Below, piece after piece: positions 1 to 10,549 of a stretch of DNA of 64,000 nt. The stretch is from positions 1 to 64,000 of the forward strand of contig JAWODC010000015.1 of assembly GCA_046483495.1 (NCBI GenBank), in the 5' to 3' direction. The DNA is from Desulfobacterales bacterium. Its GTDB lineage: Bacteria; Desulfobacterota; Desulfobacteria; Desulfobacterales; UBA5616. The translations under genes and the position numbers were made by a program. Below the pieces are notes generated by a model, which made no database searches, was not told where the DNA came from, and was given only the letters and a program-made list of their open reading frames with translations. Numbering within the stretch: the first letter of the stretch is position 1; each line of letters begins with the position of its first letter.

Positions 1-283
1 CCGAAAACCTTCTTCCGTCGATTTGCCCCCCGAACGGCCGGGATGCATAACGTGAATGAGTCGTCTTCCATTCAGAACACAGTGGTCTGTCTTATCCGGC
101 AACCGATTCCGCAGGCGGTTTAGGGTTACCATTCGATTTTCAGGCATGGCAGAGCGGAGGGATAAAAAAATCATATGAGTGCTTGACTAGCCATATCAAT
201 TGGTATAAGGACTTGCCGGTAAACGAAAAAATTAGCGTAACAGCTAAACGGAACCTATTCCCATATGAAAGGAGGCGCTTGAA

Positions 284-472
284 ATGGCATTTAATCCTAT
301 CGTCGATGAAGACAAATGTGAAGGCTGCGAAGAATGCGTGGATGTTTGCCCGGTTGAAGTGTTTGAAATGCAGGACGGCAAATCGGTCCCGGTGAACGCA
401 GAAGAATGCCTGGGTTGTGAAAGCTGCGTCGAAGTGTGTGAAACCGGCGCAATTACGATCGAGGAAACATAA
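284..472 (+). CDS. 2x[4Fe-4S] ferredoxin
   Basis: 62 aa, acidic, two CxxCxxCxxxC motifs (CEGCEECVDVCP, CLGCESCVEVCE); AGGAGG RBS upstream. Confidence 0.95.
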   Translation: MAFNPIVDEDKCEGCEECVDVCPVEVFEMQDGKSVPVNAEECLGCESCVEVCETGAITIEET

Positions 473-695
473 TCGAAATTGTCCGTGGCGCTTCCGGTTT
501 CATGGACCGGAAGCCCCATAAGGCGCTCGACAGATCGAACATCGAACCACTATTATATCGTAACTTTCGGCCCCGATCCATCAACCGCCGGCGTTTCCTT
601 TCGTATTCCCCATTATCGTGATGTTTTTGCCGAGATCTTCGGCTTTTCCATATAACCGTGTACTTCGATACAATTATTCGATTCATCACATCTTT

Positions 696-729
696 GCCGC
701 CCTGTTGCCGGATGCGGCAACAGGGCGGC
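696..729. repeat. Perfect 15-bp inverted repeat (hairpin)
   Basis: gccgccctgttgccg-gatg-cggcaacagggcggc; no U-tract on either strand. Confidence 0.7.
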
Positions 730-794
730 GTTCCTGATGTCGAACCGGAACATACAGCTTGCGCACGCTAGAAAACTGTGGTAGCTAACCGCTT

Positions 795-1127
795 ATGAAA
801 CAGTATGTTATTGATGAGCTAAGACCCGGTGAATATGACAAAATCAAATCGTATTTGGATGAAGCTTTCGGAAAATCTGCGGTTGACGATGTTTACTGGG
901 TACCCCTTGACAAAGAATTCTTGACGGAAGAACAGCTTCTGCATAACGAATGTGGGCCCCACTGCTTTGCCGTCGTGCTTGAAGAAAACCTTGTGGCGTG
1001 TGAATTTTTAATCCGAACCAAAAATCGAATACGATGCAACTGCATGGGCTATGCCGATGAAAAGCAGCAAACGGCAATTATCCGCTTCGCCGACAACCTG
1101 TTTAGAAAACTGAATATACCGATATGA
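795..1127 (+). CDS. Hypothetical protein with His/Cys motifs
   Basis: 110-aa ORF, protein-like composition, HNECGPHC and RCNC motifs, co-oriented with plsC-rnj-ftsK. Confidence 0.75.
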   Translation: MKQYVIDELRPGEYDKIKSYLDEAFGKSAVDDVYWVPLDKEFLTEEQLLHNECGPHCFAVVLEENLVACEFLIRTKNRIRCNCMGYADEKQQTAIIRFADNLFRKLNIPI

Positions 1128-1187
1128 GGAAAAAGGTGTAACACCTCATCCCAACGTAAATCGATTTTCTTATTCTTCGGAACCGAT

Positions 1188-1913
1188 ATGATAAAAACCG
1201 CCTTTGTTGTACTGCATACGATTTTGGCGACACTCGTCCTCGGAGGTGTCGCCACCATAACCGCCTTTTTTAGCAAGACGGGTAATATTCCCCACAAGGT
1301 CGCAATCTTATGGGCAAAATCAATTCTATTTGTCAGCAATGTAAGCGTAATCGTTTCCGGATCGGAAAACATTGTTCCGGGGAAACCCTATATCTTCATG
1401 GCCAACCACCAAAGCAATTTTGACATTCTCGCTCTTTTCGCCGGTCTTCCCGTCCAGTTCAGGTGGCTGGCAAAGGCCGAACTGTTTAAAATACCCATAT
1501 TTGCCCAGGGAATGAGGGGATGCGGCTATATCAGCATCGATCGCTCGAACCGCGAATCCGCATTTCGAAGCATCCGGGAAGCTTCGGAAAAGATAAGAAA
1601 CGGCGCTTCCGTGATGATATTTCCGGAAGGCACCCGCAGCATGGATGGGAACCTTTTGCCGTTTAAAAAGGGCGGTTTTGTACTGGCGATGGGATCGGGC
1701 GTCCCTGTCATTCCCATGATTATCACGGGTTCTCAGAACATTATGCCCAAAAAGCAATTAAGCATACGATCGGGTTGTATCGCATTGGACATCCTCGAGC
1801 CTATCGAGACCTCCTCCCCTGAATTTAAAAACAAAGACGAACTGCTGCAGTCCGTTCGCCGCACCATGATCGAGGAATTGGCCAAAAAAAGAGAAGGAAT
1901 TCAGGGATGTTGA
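1188..1913 (+). CDS. plsC: 1-acyl-sn-glycerol-3-phosphate acyltransferase
   Basis: NHQSNFD (HxxxxD) and FPEGTRS motifs. Confidence 0.92.
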   Translation: MIKTAFVVLHTILATLVLGGVATITAFFSKTGNIPHKVAILWAKSILFVSNVSVIVSGSENIVPGKPYIFMANHQSNFDILALFAGLPVQFRWLAKAELFKIPIFAQGMRGCGYISIDRSNRESAFRSIREASEKIRNGASVMIFPEGTRSMDGNLLPFKKGGFVLAMGSGVPVIPMIITGSQNIMPKKQLSIRSGCIALDILEPIETSSPEFKNKDELLQSVRRTMIEELAKKREGIQGC

Positions 1914-3556
1914 AATTAATCCCATTGGGAGGCCTGGGTGAAATCGGCCTCAACATGTTGGTGTTCGAGTACAAAAATACAATGTTCATAGTGGATTGCG
2001 GCCTGATGTTTCCGGAGGATTACATGCTGGGTGTTGATTATGCCATTCCGGATATGGAATATCTGCGGCAAAACAAATCCAAACTGGCCGGTATTATCCT
2101 TACCCACGCCCATGAAGACCACATCGGCGCCCTTCCCCACCTCCTTAAAATTTCAAATATTCCCGTATTCGGAACACCGTTCACATTGGGTATTGTACGG
2201 CATAAACTCGAAGAATTCGGAATACTTTCCAAAACGTCGCTCCACGAAATTCATCCCCGGGAAAAACTCAGAATCGATGAATTCGAACTGGAGTTTATCC
2301 AGGTGGGACATAGTGTTATCGATGGATTGGGCATTTGCATTCATACACCGGTGGGACGAATTATCCATACCGGCGATTTTAAGATCAATAACACTTCCCT
2401 CAACGGGCCTGTTACGGATGTCACCCGGTTTGCCAGATTTGGTGAAGCAGGTGTCCTGGCGCTGTTGTCGGACTCAACCAATGTGGAAAAGGAGGGATAT
2501 ACATCATCCGCCCAGGAGATCGGCGAAATTCTCAGTAAAATCACTTCCAATGCCGGCGGTCGGGTCATTATCGCCCTTTTCGCCTCGAATATCATACGGA
2601 TTCAGATGATAATCAACATCGCCGAGGAGCTCGGGCGAAAAGTGATCATCAACGGCCGAAGCATCGAAATAAGCGTCAATATCGCTAAGCAGTTGAACTA
2701 TATTCATATTCCCCACGGCGTCGAAATCGATATCGGTCAAATGAACGACTATCCGGATGATAACGTTATTATGGTTACCACCGGAAGCCAGGGAGAACCC
2801 ATGTCGGCGCTCGCCAGGATGGCGGACGGATCGCACAAGCAAATCAAAGTGAAACATGGCGATACGGTTGTATTATCGTCCAAGTTCATTCCCGGAAACG
2901 AAAAAGCCATTGCCAAGATCATCAACAATTTGTACCGGCGTGGTGCGAATGTCATTTATGAAAAAATTTCAAACATTCACGTTTCCGGTCATGCCTTCCA
3001 AGAAGAGCTGAAACTGATGATCAACTTGACCCGACCGAAATACTTCATTCCTATTCACGGCGAATACCGGCATTTATTTCTTCATGCCCGTCTGGCCGAA
3101 CACATGGGCATCGCAAAAGACCATATCCTATTGGCTGAAAACGGCAATGTCATCGAATTCGACGACAAGGGCGGAAGAATCAGTGGAAAAATCCAAACCG
3201 CCCGGGTTTTTATCGATGGTAAAGGCGTCGGCGATGTCGGAAGAAGTGTGTTGAAAGAGCGACGGGCGCTTTCCGAAGACGGCCTTGTAGCCGTGACATT
3301 GGCGATTGATGAAGACACCGGCATCATCGTCTACGGTCCGGAAGTCACTTCCAGGGGATTTTTATTCGAAACGCAGACCGGTCATCTGCTGGATGACGCT
3401 CAATGCGTCATTTTAGAAGCGGTTGAAGATATCGGACCGGACACGCCCAATCGGATCGAAAAAATACGGTCGCGGCTCCGAAAAGATCTCCGGCAGTACT
3501 TTTTCTTTACCATTGGAAGGCGGCCTATGATACTGCCGTTTGTACTCGAAATTTAG
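1907..3556 (+). CDS. rnj: Ribonuclease J
   Basis: PLGGLGEIGLN start, THAHEDHIG metallo-beta-lactamase motif, TGSQGEP, HVSGH, PIHGEYRH. Confidence 0.95.
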   Translation: MLKLIPLGGLGEIGLNMLVFEYKNTMFIVDCGLMFPEDYMLGVDYAIPDMEYLRQNKSKLAGIILTHAHEDHIGALPHLLKISNIPVFGTPFTLGIVRHKLEEFGILSKTSLHEIHPREKLRIDEFELEFIQVGHSVIDGLGICIHTPVGRIIHTGDFKINNTSLNGPVTDVTRFARFGEAGVLALLSDSTNVEKEGYTSSAQEIGEILSKITSNAGGRVIIALFASNIIRIQMIINIAEELGRKVIINGRSIEISVNIAKQLNYIHIPHGVEIDIGQMNDYPDDNVIMVTTGSQGEPMSALARMADGSHKQIKVKHGDTVVLSSKFIPGNEKAIAKIINNLYRRGANVIYEKISNIHVSGHAFQEELKLMINLTRPKYFIPIHGEYRHLFLHARLAEHMGIAKDHILLAENGNVIEFDDKGGRISGKIQTARVFIDGKGVGDVGRSVLKERRALSEDGLVAVTLAIDEDTGIIVYGPEVTSRGFLFETQTGHLLDDAQCVILEAVEDIGPDTPNRIEKIRSRLRKDLRQYFFFTIGRRPMILPFVLEI

Positions 3557-3568
3557 CAGCGCAAGATA

Positions 3569-5773
3569 ATGAAGGTTGATTCGAAAAAAGCCGTTCCATC
3601 ACGAACACAGATGCAGAATAAAGCCATGCGAAAAGAAATTCTTGGAATTTGCCTTTTTTTTCTTGTTATTCTGAGTCTTATCAGTCTTGTATCGTACAGT
3701 CCACAGGACCCTTCCATCAATCACGCTGTGGATACCCAAAATATCCACAATCTCTTCGGCCACTTCGGCGCACACATTGCCGGTGCTCTCATCGGTCTTT
3801 TCGGTATCGGTGCATTCTGGCTGCCGGCATTACTGCTGGTCTTCAGCATTCATTTTTTCGGCGGGCATACGAACAGGGCCATACTGTTGACCCTCGTCGG
3901 CGGCATTCTGCTGGTCGTTTCCACCGGCGGACTCGTCAGTTTGAATGCACGCGAAATCCATTTTTTTGGAACCGCCTTTTCCTCGGGCGGCCTTATCGGC
4001 ATTCCTCTTGGCGCAGTATTGGTGCGATATGCAAGCATGACGGGCGCCACCATTATCCTGATCGTTCTATGGCTTATCGGCCTGATTCTATCCACCGGAT
4101 TTTCTATCCTGAATTTCTTCAAACGCTGCCGTCGCGTTGCTGCTTTTGCAGCCGTTCGTTTGACGACCCTAATCATCAAATATCGGGAACGGAAGAAGAA
4201 AGCGGCCAAATTCCAGGAAATGAAAAACCGGGGGGATTCAAAGAAAAAGGAAATAAAAATAAAACCCGCTTCACCCCGGAAATTGAAAGCCGTCCCTGCG
4301 CCCAAACAGGAATCGTTTGATTTCATGAAGTCGCACAACGGTTTCGAACTGCCTTCGATCAACCTGCTGGACCCACCGGATTCCCGTAATATCACAGTAG
4401 ATGACGAAAACCTGAAAATGAAATCCAAATTGCTTGAGAAAAAGCTGGATGATTTCGGCGTTAAGGGCGAAGTCGTGGCTGTTTATCCCGGGCCGGTGAT
4501 TACGACATTCGAATACCGTCCGGCACCGGGCATCAAAATCAACAAGGTGGTGAACCTTACGGATGATCTGGCCCTGGCCCTGCGAGCCATGAGTATTCGA
4601 ATCGTCGCGCCCATTCCCGGAAAGGATGCCATCGGCATCGAGATACCCAATTCGGAACGGGAGATGGTTCAATTGAAAGAAATCATCGCCAGCAGCACAT
4701 TTGAAAAGGCCCGATCGAAGCTGACGATTTGCCTCGGCAAAGATATTGTCGGAAACCCGGTGATCACCGACCTGGATAAAATGCCTCATCTGCTGGTTGC
4801 CGGAACTACCGGGTCCGGCAAAAGCGTGGGGTTGAACACCATGATCTGCAGTCTTCTGTATAAGACTACGCCTGATGAAGTAAAATTGATCATGGTCGAT
4901 CCAAAGCGCATTGAACTATCCGCATACGATGGAATTCCCCACCTGATCACGCCGGTCGTAACCGATCCGAAAAAAGCAACCCATGCCCTTTTTTGGGCGG
5001 TTCGGGAAATGGAACAACGATACGAGCGGCTGTCGGAAAAGAAAGTGCGGAACATCAGGCATTACAATCAGAAAATCATGAGGGAGAATGCCGAAAATCC
5101 GGATGGCGCATGCAATCTTCTTCCTTACATTGTCGTCATAATCGATGAATTGGCCGATCTGATGATGGTGGCGTCCCGGGATGTGGAGGTGGCGCTCACG
5201 CGGCTGGCTCAGATGGCCAGGGCCGCCGGCATCCATTTAATTCTTGCCACGCAGCGGCCATCGGTAGATGTCTTGACCGGCATCATCAAGGCAAACTTTC
5301 AGACGCGCATATCCTTCAAAGTCACGTCAAAGACGGACTCCAGGACCATTATCGACGCCAACGGCGCCGAAAACCTTTTAGGCAAAGGGGACATGCTTTT
5401 CCTGCCTCCGGGCACTTCCAAGATCGAACGCATTCACGGCGCATTCATCAGCGAGGACGAAGTGACCCGCATTACCGATTTTCTAAAACAGCAAAAACCC
5501 CCTGAATATAACGATGCGGTTATTCAGGCACCTGCTGTTCAAGCCGCGGATTCAGAAGAAGAAGATGAGCACGATGAGCGGTATGAAGATGCGGTGGCCT
5601 TGGTTACCAAGACCCGCCAGGCGTCCATTTCCATGGTTCAACGTCACCTGCGGATCGGCTACAACCGAGCCGCCCGCATCATCGAAACCATGGAAAAGGA
5701 GGGAATCGTAGGGCCATCCGACGGCGTGAAGCAGCGGGAAGTTCTTGTGAAGAATTACGAGGAATTACCTTAA
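3569..5773 (+). CDS. ftsK: DNA translocase FtsK
   Basis: N-terminal TM segments, Walker A GTTGSGKS, IIDELADL, ATQRPSVDV, gamma domain LRIGYNRAARI; start may be 3611 or 3626. Confidence 0.95.
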   Translation: MKVDSKKAVPSRTQMQNKAMRKEILGICLFFLVILSLISLVSYSPQDPSINHAVDTQNIHNLFGHFGAHIAGALIGLFGIGAFWLPALLLVFSIHFFGGHTNRAILLTLVGGILLVVSTGGLVSLNAREIHFFGTAFSSGGLIGIPLGAVLVRYASMTGATIILIVLWLIGLILSTGFSILNFFKRCRRVAAFAAVRLTTLIIKYRERKKKAAKFQEMKNRGDSKKKEIKIKPASPRKLKAVPAPKQESFDFMKSHNGFELPSINLLDPPDSRNITVDDENLKMKSKLLEKKLDDFGVKGEVVAVYPGPVITTFEYRPAPGIKINKVVNLTDDLALALRAMSIRIVAPIPGKDAIGIEIPNSEREMVQLKEIIASSTFEKARSKLTICLGKDIVGNPVITDLDKMPHLLVAGTTGSGKSVGLNTMICSLLYKTTPDEVKLIMVDPKRIELSAYDGIPHLITPVVTDPKKATHALFWAVREMEQRYERLSEKKVRNIRHYNQKIMRENAENPDGACNLLPYIVVIIDELADLMMVASRDVEVALTRLAQMARAAGIHLILATQRPSVDVLTGIIKANFQTRISFKVTSKTDSRTIIDANGAENLLGKGDMLFLPPGTSKIERIHGAFISEDEVTRITDFLKQQKPPEYNDAVIQAPAVQAADSEEEDEHDERYEDAVALVTKTRQASISMVQRHLRIGYNRAARIIETMEKEGIVGPSDGVKQREVLVKNYEELP

Positions 5774-5909
5774 TATACGTTGCAATCGACAGAACAGCAT
5801 TCGAAATGCCCGATCAGGCTGCAGGCATGATATGCCGCAGCCTGATCCTGTTGATGCGTGCCCCCGAATCGGTGGGCACCGCTTCGAACTCAAATGGAAA
5901 CATAAGCAA

Positions 5910-6542
5910 ATGGATATCGACAGTCAACTGATAAGCACCATCAAGGGATTTTTGGATGAAGACGAGGGCGGGCACCTGTACAACCTTGCATTTGAAGCAA
6001 GCCGCCGTGGGCCATGCCTCGAAATCGGCAGCTATTGCGGAAAATCCACCGTCTACCTGGGATCTGCCTGCATGAAAAACGACTCGATTTTGTTTTCCAT
6101 CGACCATCACCGGGGATCGGAGGAGCAGCAGGCCGGAGAAGCATACTTCGACCCGGATCTTTACGACAAGGAAAGCGACTGTATCGATACATTTACGTTT
6201 TTCAGAAGAACCTTGGCGTCGGCAGGCCTCGAGAGTACCGTGGTCCCCATCGTTTGTCGCTCCGAGGTGGCCGCCCGAAAATGGGCAACCCCATTGAGCC
6301 TGGTCTTTATCGACGGGGGGCACGCCTATGAAACGGTGTATGCCGATTACAGTGCCTGGGCCGGTCATATCATTCCGGGAGGATATTTGCTGTTTCACGA
6401 TATCTTTTTGAATCCTTCCGAGGGCGGCCGGGCACCTTACCAGGCATACCGTATTGCAGCGGCTTCCGGACTTTTTCGAGAACTTCCGATGGTGAAGACT
6501 TTAGGCGTTCTCCAACGCCTGGAATGTGGAGCACTTCCGTGA
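5910..6542 (+). CDS. Class I SAM-dependent methyltransferase (Methyltransf_24-like)
   Basis: LEIGSYCGKST, IDHHRGSEE, FIDGGH, LLFHD motifs. Confidence 0.85.
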   Translation: MDIDSQLISTIKGFLDEDEGGHLYNLAFEASRRGPCLEIGSYCGKSTVYLGSACMKNDSILFSIDHHRGSEEQQAGEAYFDPDLYDKESDCIDTFTFFRRTLASAGLESTVVPIVCRSEVAARKWATPLSLVFIDGGHAYETVYADYSAWAGHIIPGGYLLFHDIFLNPSEGGRAPYQAYRIAAASGLFRELPMVKTLGVLQRLECGALP

Positions 6543-8233
6543 GCAATGATCTGAATACCCTGGATAAAAGACTGATTCGAAATAACATATTCGTATACGC
6601 AGTTTTGATCCTGTTGACGGGGTGTTTTTTTTATGTCGGCCTGGGCGGCTATTACCTCACGGCACCGGACGAGCCCCGGTTTGCGCTGGTTGCAAAGGAA
6701 ATGCTCACGGAAAATCACTGGGTGCTGCCCCATCGCAACAGCATCCCCTATCCGGACAAACCCCCGCTGTTTTTCTGGACCATAGCGGCATTTTCCGCAC
6801 TGGCCGGCGGGGAAGTCAACGCGTGGACCGCCCGGCTTCCGTCGGCTGTGGCCGCAACCATCATTCTTCTTTTTATGTGGCGGTTCAGCAGGAAAGAAGA
6901 AAACGAAAATCTTCTTCCAATCCTGACGGTGCTCGTGTTGATGACATCGGCCCTGTTTTTCTTTCAGGCCCGCATCGCGCAAATCGATATGGTGCTGTGC
7001 GTATTTACAACCGCCGCCTCGATCATCGGATACAAGGCTGTTTCCGGTTCCCGATACAGCGCCTTTTGGATGGGAATGGCCATGGGCGCCGGCATTCTGA
7101 CCAAAGGACCGGTGGGGTACCTTATTCCCGCGGGCACCGTCGTACTGTTTGCCGCATTCAAAGGGCGAATCGGCTGGAAACGGTATCCGCTCAAAGCGCT
7201 GGCGTGGGGGTTGGTTCCGGCAGTAATCTGGCTTGTGCTGCTGATCATTGACGTGACCGCTCATAACCAATGGGATTACCTGAAAAACCTGCTGTTTAAA
7301 CAAACCGTGGTTCGTTATGTGGATGCTTGGCACCATCACCAGCCGGTTTATTATTTCTTTGTCACCTTTCTTCATGATTTTCTTCCCTGGACGCCCTTTT
7401 TCTTCATCGCAATACCGTTTACTCGAAAAAGCCGGCAGTCCCTGGATGATCGGCAGTTGTTTTCCTGGGCCGTCGTTGTCTTCACCGTAATCTTTTTCAG
7501 CATTTCAAGTGGAAAAAGAGGCATTTATATTCTACCGATCTTCCCTTTTGCCGCTTACCTCACCGCCGTCCGGCTGCTCCGAATGATCCGATCCGAACAT
7601 CATACCCGATGGCCCATCGGAGCCGGAGTCGTTACCGGATTTCTGCTGCTTGCCGTCGGACTTGCGTTATGTGTCGCCGGCGGCGGATGGGTGAAAAACC
7701 CCGTGGAATGGATCGACACGCCGCTTCCATTGAGCCGCCTGTTTGCAGCGGGCCTGGTGGTAACCCCTTTGGCCGTCGGCGTGATGTTTTTCAGTTTCAA
7801 GCGGCGCTTTCTGAACATGACATTGGCGGTGGTCCTTTCCATGCTGGTATTGAATCTCTTGTTTTTCCAGGTAATGCTGCCATGGGTGGATCCATTTCGA
7901 AGCTCGAAAGGGTTCATGGAAACGGTGAACAGGATCATTCATCATCATGATGATGATCCCGTTGTGGGAATGGTCCGTTATCGTTCCGCCTACCGGTTGT
8001 ATGGTGATTTCCCTTTAGTCGAGATTCCGCCCAAGTACGAAACTGACGATTCCATCGAGAACATTGCGGAGTTCTTCTATCACTATCCTGACGGGTGGAT
8101 CATCATCAGGGAAAAGGATTTAAACCGATTTGTCGAAAAAAATGAGCTTGCGGTTACGGTTCATCACATGCAAAAACTCGGAAGCGGCAAAAATATGATG
8201 CTGATTACCAAAAAAGGGTATGCCGGCATGTGA
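6539..8233 (+). CDS. ArnT/PMT-family (GT-C) membrane glycosyltransferase
   Basis: PDEPRFA, YPDKPPLFFW, ARLPSA, LTKGPVG, KRGIYILP motifs; multiple TM helices; GTGA overlap with the upstream stop. Confidence 0.9.
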   Translation: MSNDLNTLDKRLIRNNIFVYAVLILLTGCFFYVGLGGYYLTAPDEPRFALVAKEMLTENHWVLPHRNSIPYPDKPPLFFWTIAAFSALAGGEVNAWTARLPSAVAATIILLFMWRFSRKEENENLLPILTVLVLMTSALFFFQARIAQIDMVLCVFTTAASIIGYKAVSGSRYSAFWMGMAMGAGILTKGPVGYLIPAGTVVLFAAFKGRIGWKRYPLKALAWGLVPAVIWLVLLIIDVTAHNQWDYLKNLLFKQTVVRYVDAWHHHQPVYYFFVTFLHDFLPWTPFFFIAIPFTRKSRQSLDDRQLFSWAVVVFTVIFFSISSGKRGIYILPIFPFAAYLTAVRLLRMIRSEHHTRWPIGAGVVTGFLLLAVGLALCVAGGGWVKNPVEWIDTPLPLSRLFAAGLVVTPLAVGVMFFSFKRRFLNMTLAVVLSMLVLNLLFFQVMLPWVDPFRSSKGFMETVNRIIHHHDDDPVVGMVRYRSAYRLYGDFPLVEIPPKYETDDSIENIAEFFYHYPDGWIIIREKDLNRFVEKNELAVTVHHMQKLGSGKNMMLITKKGYAGM

Positions 8234-8979
8234 AGTATAGGAAATGTAATCCGATGAAAAAAGACGTCAGTATCATTATCCCGGTCAAAAATGAAGCCGA
8301 CAACATTGCTGTTCTGGCGGAGGAAATCGCCGCAGTCATGAAAAATTCCGGATTTTCATGGGAAAACGTGTGGGTGGACGACGGCTCGACGGACGCCACC
8401 CTGTCTGAAATCAAACGTCTCCATGCGACCGATTCACGTCATCGATTCTTATCCCTCAGCACAAATTTCGGGCAGTCCGCCGCCATGATGGCCGGATTCA
8501 GAGTTGCCGCAGGTGACATTTTCGTGACTATCGACGGTGACGGACAGAATGATCCCGAAGATATCCCGATGGTTGTCAATCGTCTCATTACCGAAAAGGC
8601 GGACATGATTAACGGATGCCGAAAAATCCGTCAGGACAGCCCCATCAGAAAAATATCGTCAAAAATCGCAAATGCCTTCCGCAACCGGATGACAGGAGAA
8701 CATGTCACCGATGTGGGATGTTCACTCCGTGCGTTTCGGCGGGAATGCGTCGACCAGATTGTTCTTTTCAAAGGGATGCATCGGTTTATTCCAACGCTGG
8801 TTCGCATCTGCGGGTACACCCATATTCTGGAGGTGCCGGTAAAACACCGGCCGAGAAATTTCGGCCTGACCAAATACGGCATCGGCAACCGGCTTTGGGT
8901 AGGGTTGGCAGACACCTTCGCGGTCAGATGGATGCAGCGCAGACTTGTTTTTCCAAAGGTGAAGGAAAAAAGCGAATAG
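8230..8979 (+). CDS. GT2 polyprenol-phosphate glycosyltransferase (ArnC/DPM1-like)
   Basis: IIPVKNE, VDDGSTD, NFGQSAA, DGDGQNDP, HRFIP motifs; alternative ATG at 8254. Confidence 0.9.
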   Translation: MKYRKCNPMKKDVSIIIPVKNEADNIAVLAEEIAAVMKNSGFSWENVWVDDGSTDATLSEIKRLHATDSRHRFLSLSTNFGQSAAMMAGFRVAAGDIFVTIDGDGQNDPEDIPMVVNRLITEKADMINGCRKIRQDSPIRKISSKIANAFRNRMTGEHVTDVGCSLRAFRRECVDQIVLFKGMHRFIPTLVRICGYTHILEVPVKHRPRNFGLTKYGIGNRLWVGLADTFAVRWMQRRLVFPKVKEKSE

Positions 8980-9116
8980 AAGTGATTTCGAATAAGAGCA
9001 AACCTGATTGCTTCGAGAGGCCCGGCACCGTTCTTTGCCGGAGCCAACGGGGGTCGAGCAGAAATCACATCACCGGGATGAAATCCGTTTTCTAGAGGTA
9101 GCCTAAGGAATATTTC

Positions 9117-9398
9117 ATGAACACGAATACGTTTTGGCTGGTTATCGGTTTTTCTGCCCAGGCGTTATTTTCCGCCAGGTTTCTGATTCAATGGATCGCC
9201 AGTGAAAAAGCCGGAAAAAGCGTCGTTCCCGAATTGTTCTGGTACTTCAGTCTGGGCGGCGCCGCCCTGCTGCTGGCCTATGCCATCTATCGAAAAGACC
9301 CGGTCTTCATTCTCGGCCAATCCACCGGTTTTTTAATTTACGGGCGCAACTTGTATTTCATTTACAAGGAAAAAAGAAAAACGGCGGCTGGTGCATAA
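9117..9398 (+). CDS. Lipid A biosynthesis N-terminal (LAB_N) domain membrane protein
   Basis: GFSAQALFSARFLIQWIASEK...VP..FWYFSL...DPVFILGQ signature. Confidence 0.88.
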   Translation: MNTNTFWLVIGFSAQALFSARFLIQWIASEKAGKSVVPELFWYFSLGGAALLLAYAIYRKDPVFILGQSTGFLIYGRNLYFIYKEKRKTAAGA

Positions 9399-9400
9399 CC

Positions 9401-9553
9401 GGCATCCATCCAGAGCCGGCGGGGGTTTTGGTCCTGAGCAAGGCCTGAGCCGTTTTTGAAAGCACAGCGTAGCTGTGTGCCAACAAGAAATAGTGGATCT
9501 TGAGGATTTCAAAAAGGCGAAAACGCCGCTCCGGAACAAAAGATGCCCTCTGA
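9401..9553. repeat. Palindromic ~150-bp repeat element, degenerate copy A
   Basis: Tandem with copy B; shares ggttttggtcc.gagcaaggc and ttgaggatttcaaaaaggcgaaaacgccgctccggaacaaaagatgcc. Confidence 0.8.
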
Positions 9554-9567
9554 ATAAAATTCGTACC

Positions 9568-9712
9568 GATGTCCATCCAGAAGCGGTAGGTTTTGGTCCG
9601 GAGCAAGGCATGAGCTCTTTTTGAAACCGCAGGAATAGTCTACTATTTTGAGGATTTCAAAAAGGCGAAAACGCCGCTCCGGAACAAAAGATGCCGCTTC
9701 TGGATGGACATC
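9568..9712. repeat. Palindromic 145-bp MITE/REP-like element, copy B
   Basis: Perfect 19-bp terminal inverted repeat gatgtccatccagaagcgg / ccgcttctggatggacatc. Confidence 0.85.
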
Positions 9713-10532
9713 AGTTCATCTTCATCCCCCCACACACATTCAAAGCCTGCCCCGTAATCTCCCTAGCTTCGTCCGATACCAAAAAAACCACTGCATTACC
9801 GATATCCTCAGGCGTCTGCTCCCGCTGCATCGGAATCTGCGAGGTTACCATGGTATCAAAAATCTGCCGGGGATCCATACCCTTGAAGAGCGGGTGGGTT
9901 TTACTGAAAACCTCCACGCCGTCCGCCCACATGGGCGTCCATATAATGCCCGGACAAACCGTATTGACGTTCACCCCATACGGCGCCATGTGAAAGGCCA
10001 TGGACTGGGACAAACTGATCACCCCTGCTTTGGAGGCCGAATACGCCATTAACGCGTCGACTCCCTGTCTCCCGGCAACGGAGGAAATATTGACGATTTT
10101 GCCCTTTCGCTGGGATTTAAAATGGGGCGCAACAGCTTGATTGCATAGAAAAACCCCTTTAAGGTTGACGTCGATGGTCATGTCCCAGTCGGCCTCGGTT
10201 AGATTCTCGACCCCAAGCGGCTTTTCAGGATCGATCTCTCGTGAAGGATCCCGCCCCACCCCGGCGCAGCAGACCAGAATGTCAAGCCGGCCAAAATGGT
10301 CAAGGGTTGTGTCGATGAGATACCGGCATTGATCTGCCATTCGGACATCCGTCTGAACGGCGAGCGCTTTTTGCCCTTTCGACTCGACTTTTTTGGTAGC
10401 GTTCACCGCAAGCTCCTGTTTGGAATCGCTGACCACCACGTGGGCGCCTTCCCGGGCCAAACACAAACAAATGCCTTCTCCGAGTCCACCGCCGCCGCCG
10501 GTAACGACGGCAACCTGATCTTTTAGTCTCAT
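9711..10532 (-). CDS. SDR family oxidoreductase
   Basis: TGGGGGLG, NISS, YSASK (YxxxK), VNTVCPG; start set at MRLKDQ behind an AAGGAG RBS. Confidence 0.92.
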   Translation of the reverse strand: MRLKDQVAVVTGGGGGLGEGICLCLAREGAHVVVSDSKQELAVNATKKVESKGQKALAVQTDVRMADQCRYLIDTTLDHFGRLDILVCCAGVGRDPSREIDPEKPLGVENLTEADWDMTIDVNLKGVFLCNQAVAPHFKSQRKGKIVNISSVAGRQGVDALMAYSASKAGVISLSQSMAFHMAPYGVNVNTVCPGIIWTPMWADGVEVFSKTHPLFKGMDPRQIFDTMVTSQIPMQREQTPEDIGNAVVFLVSDEAREITGQALNVCGGMKMN

Positions 10533-10549
10533 TTCTGCTCCTTTAATTC

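Noticed and set aside
1..147. Minus-strand frame open to the window edge (MPENRMVTLNR...)
   Set aside because: Truncated, no recognisable motif; cannot be supported
146..158. atggcagagcgga, matching the core of the 40-nt motif
   Set aside because: Both flanking halves of the motif are absent
8982..9068. Segment bounded by the 8-bp inverted repeat gtgatttc/gaaatcac
   Set aside because: Single copy and short repeat; insufficient evidence for an element
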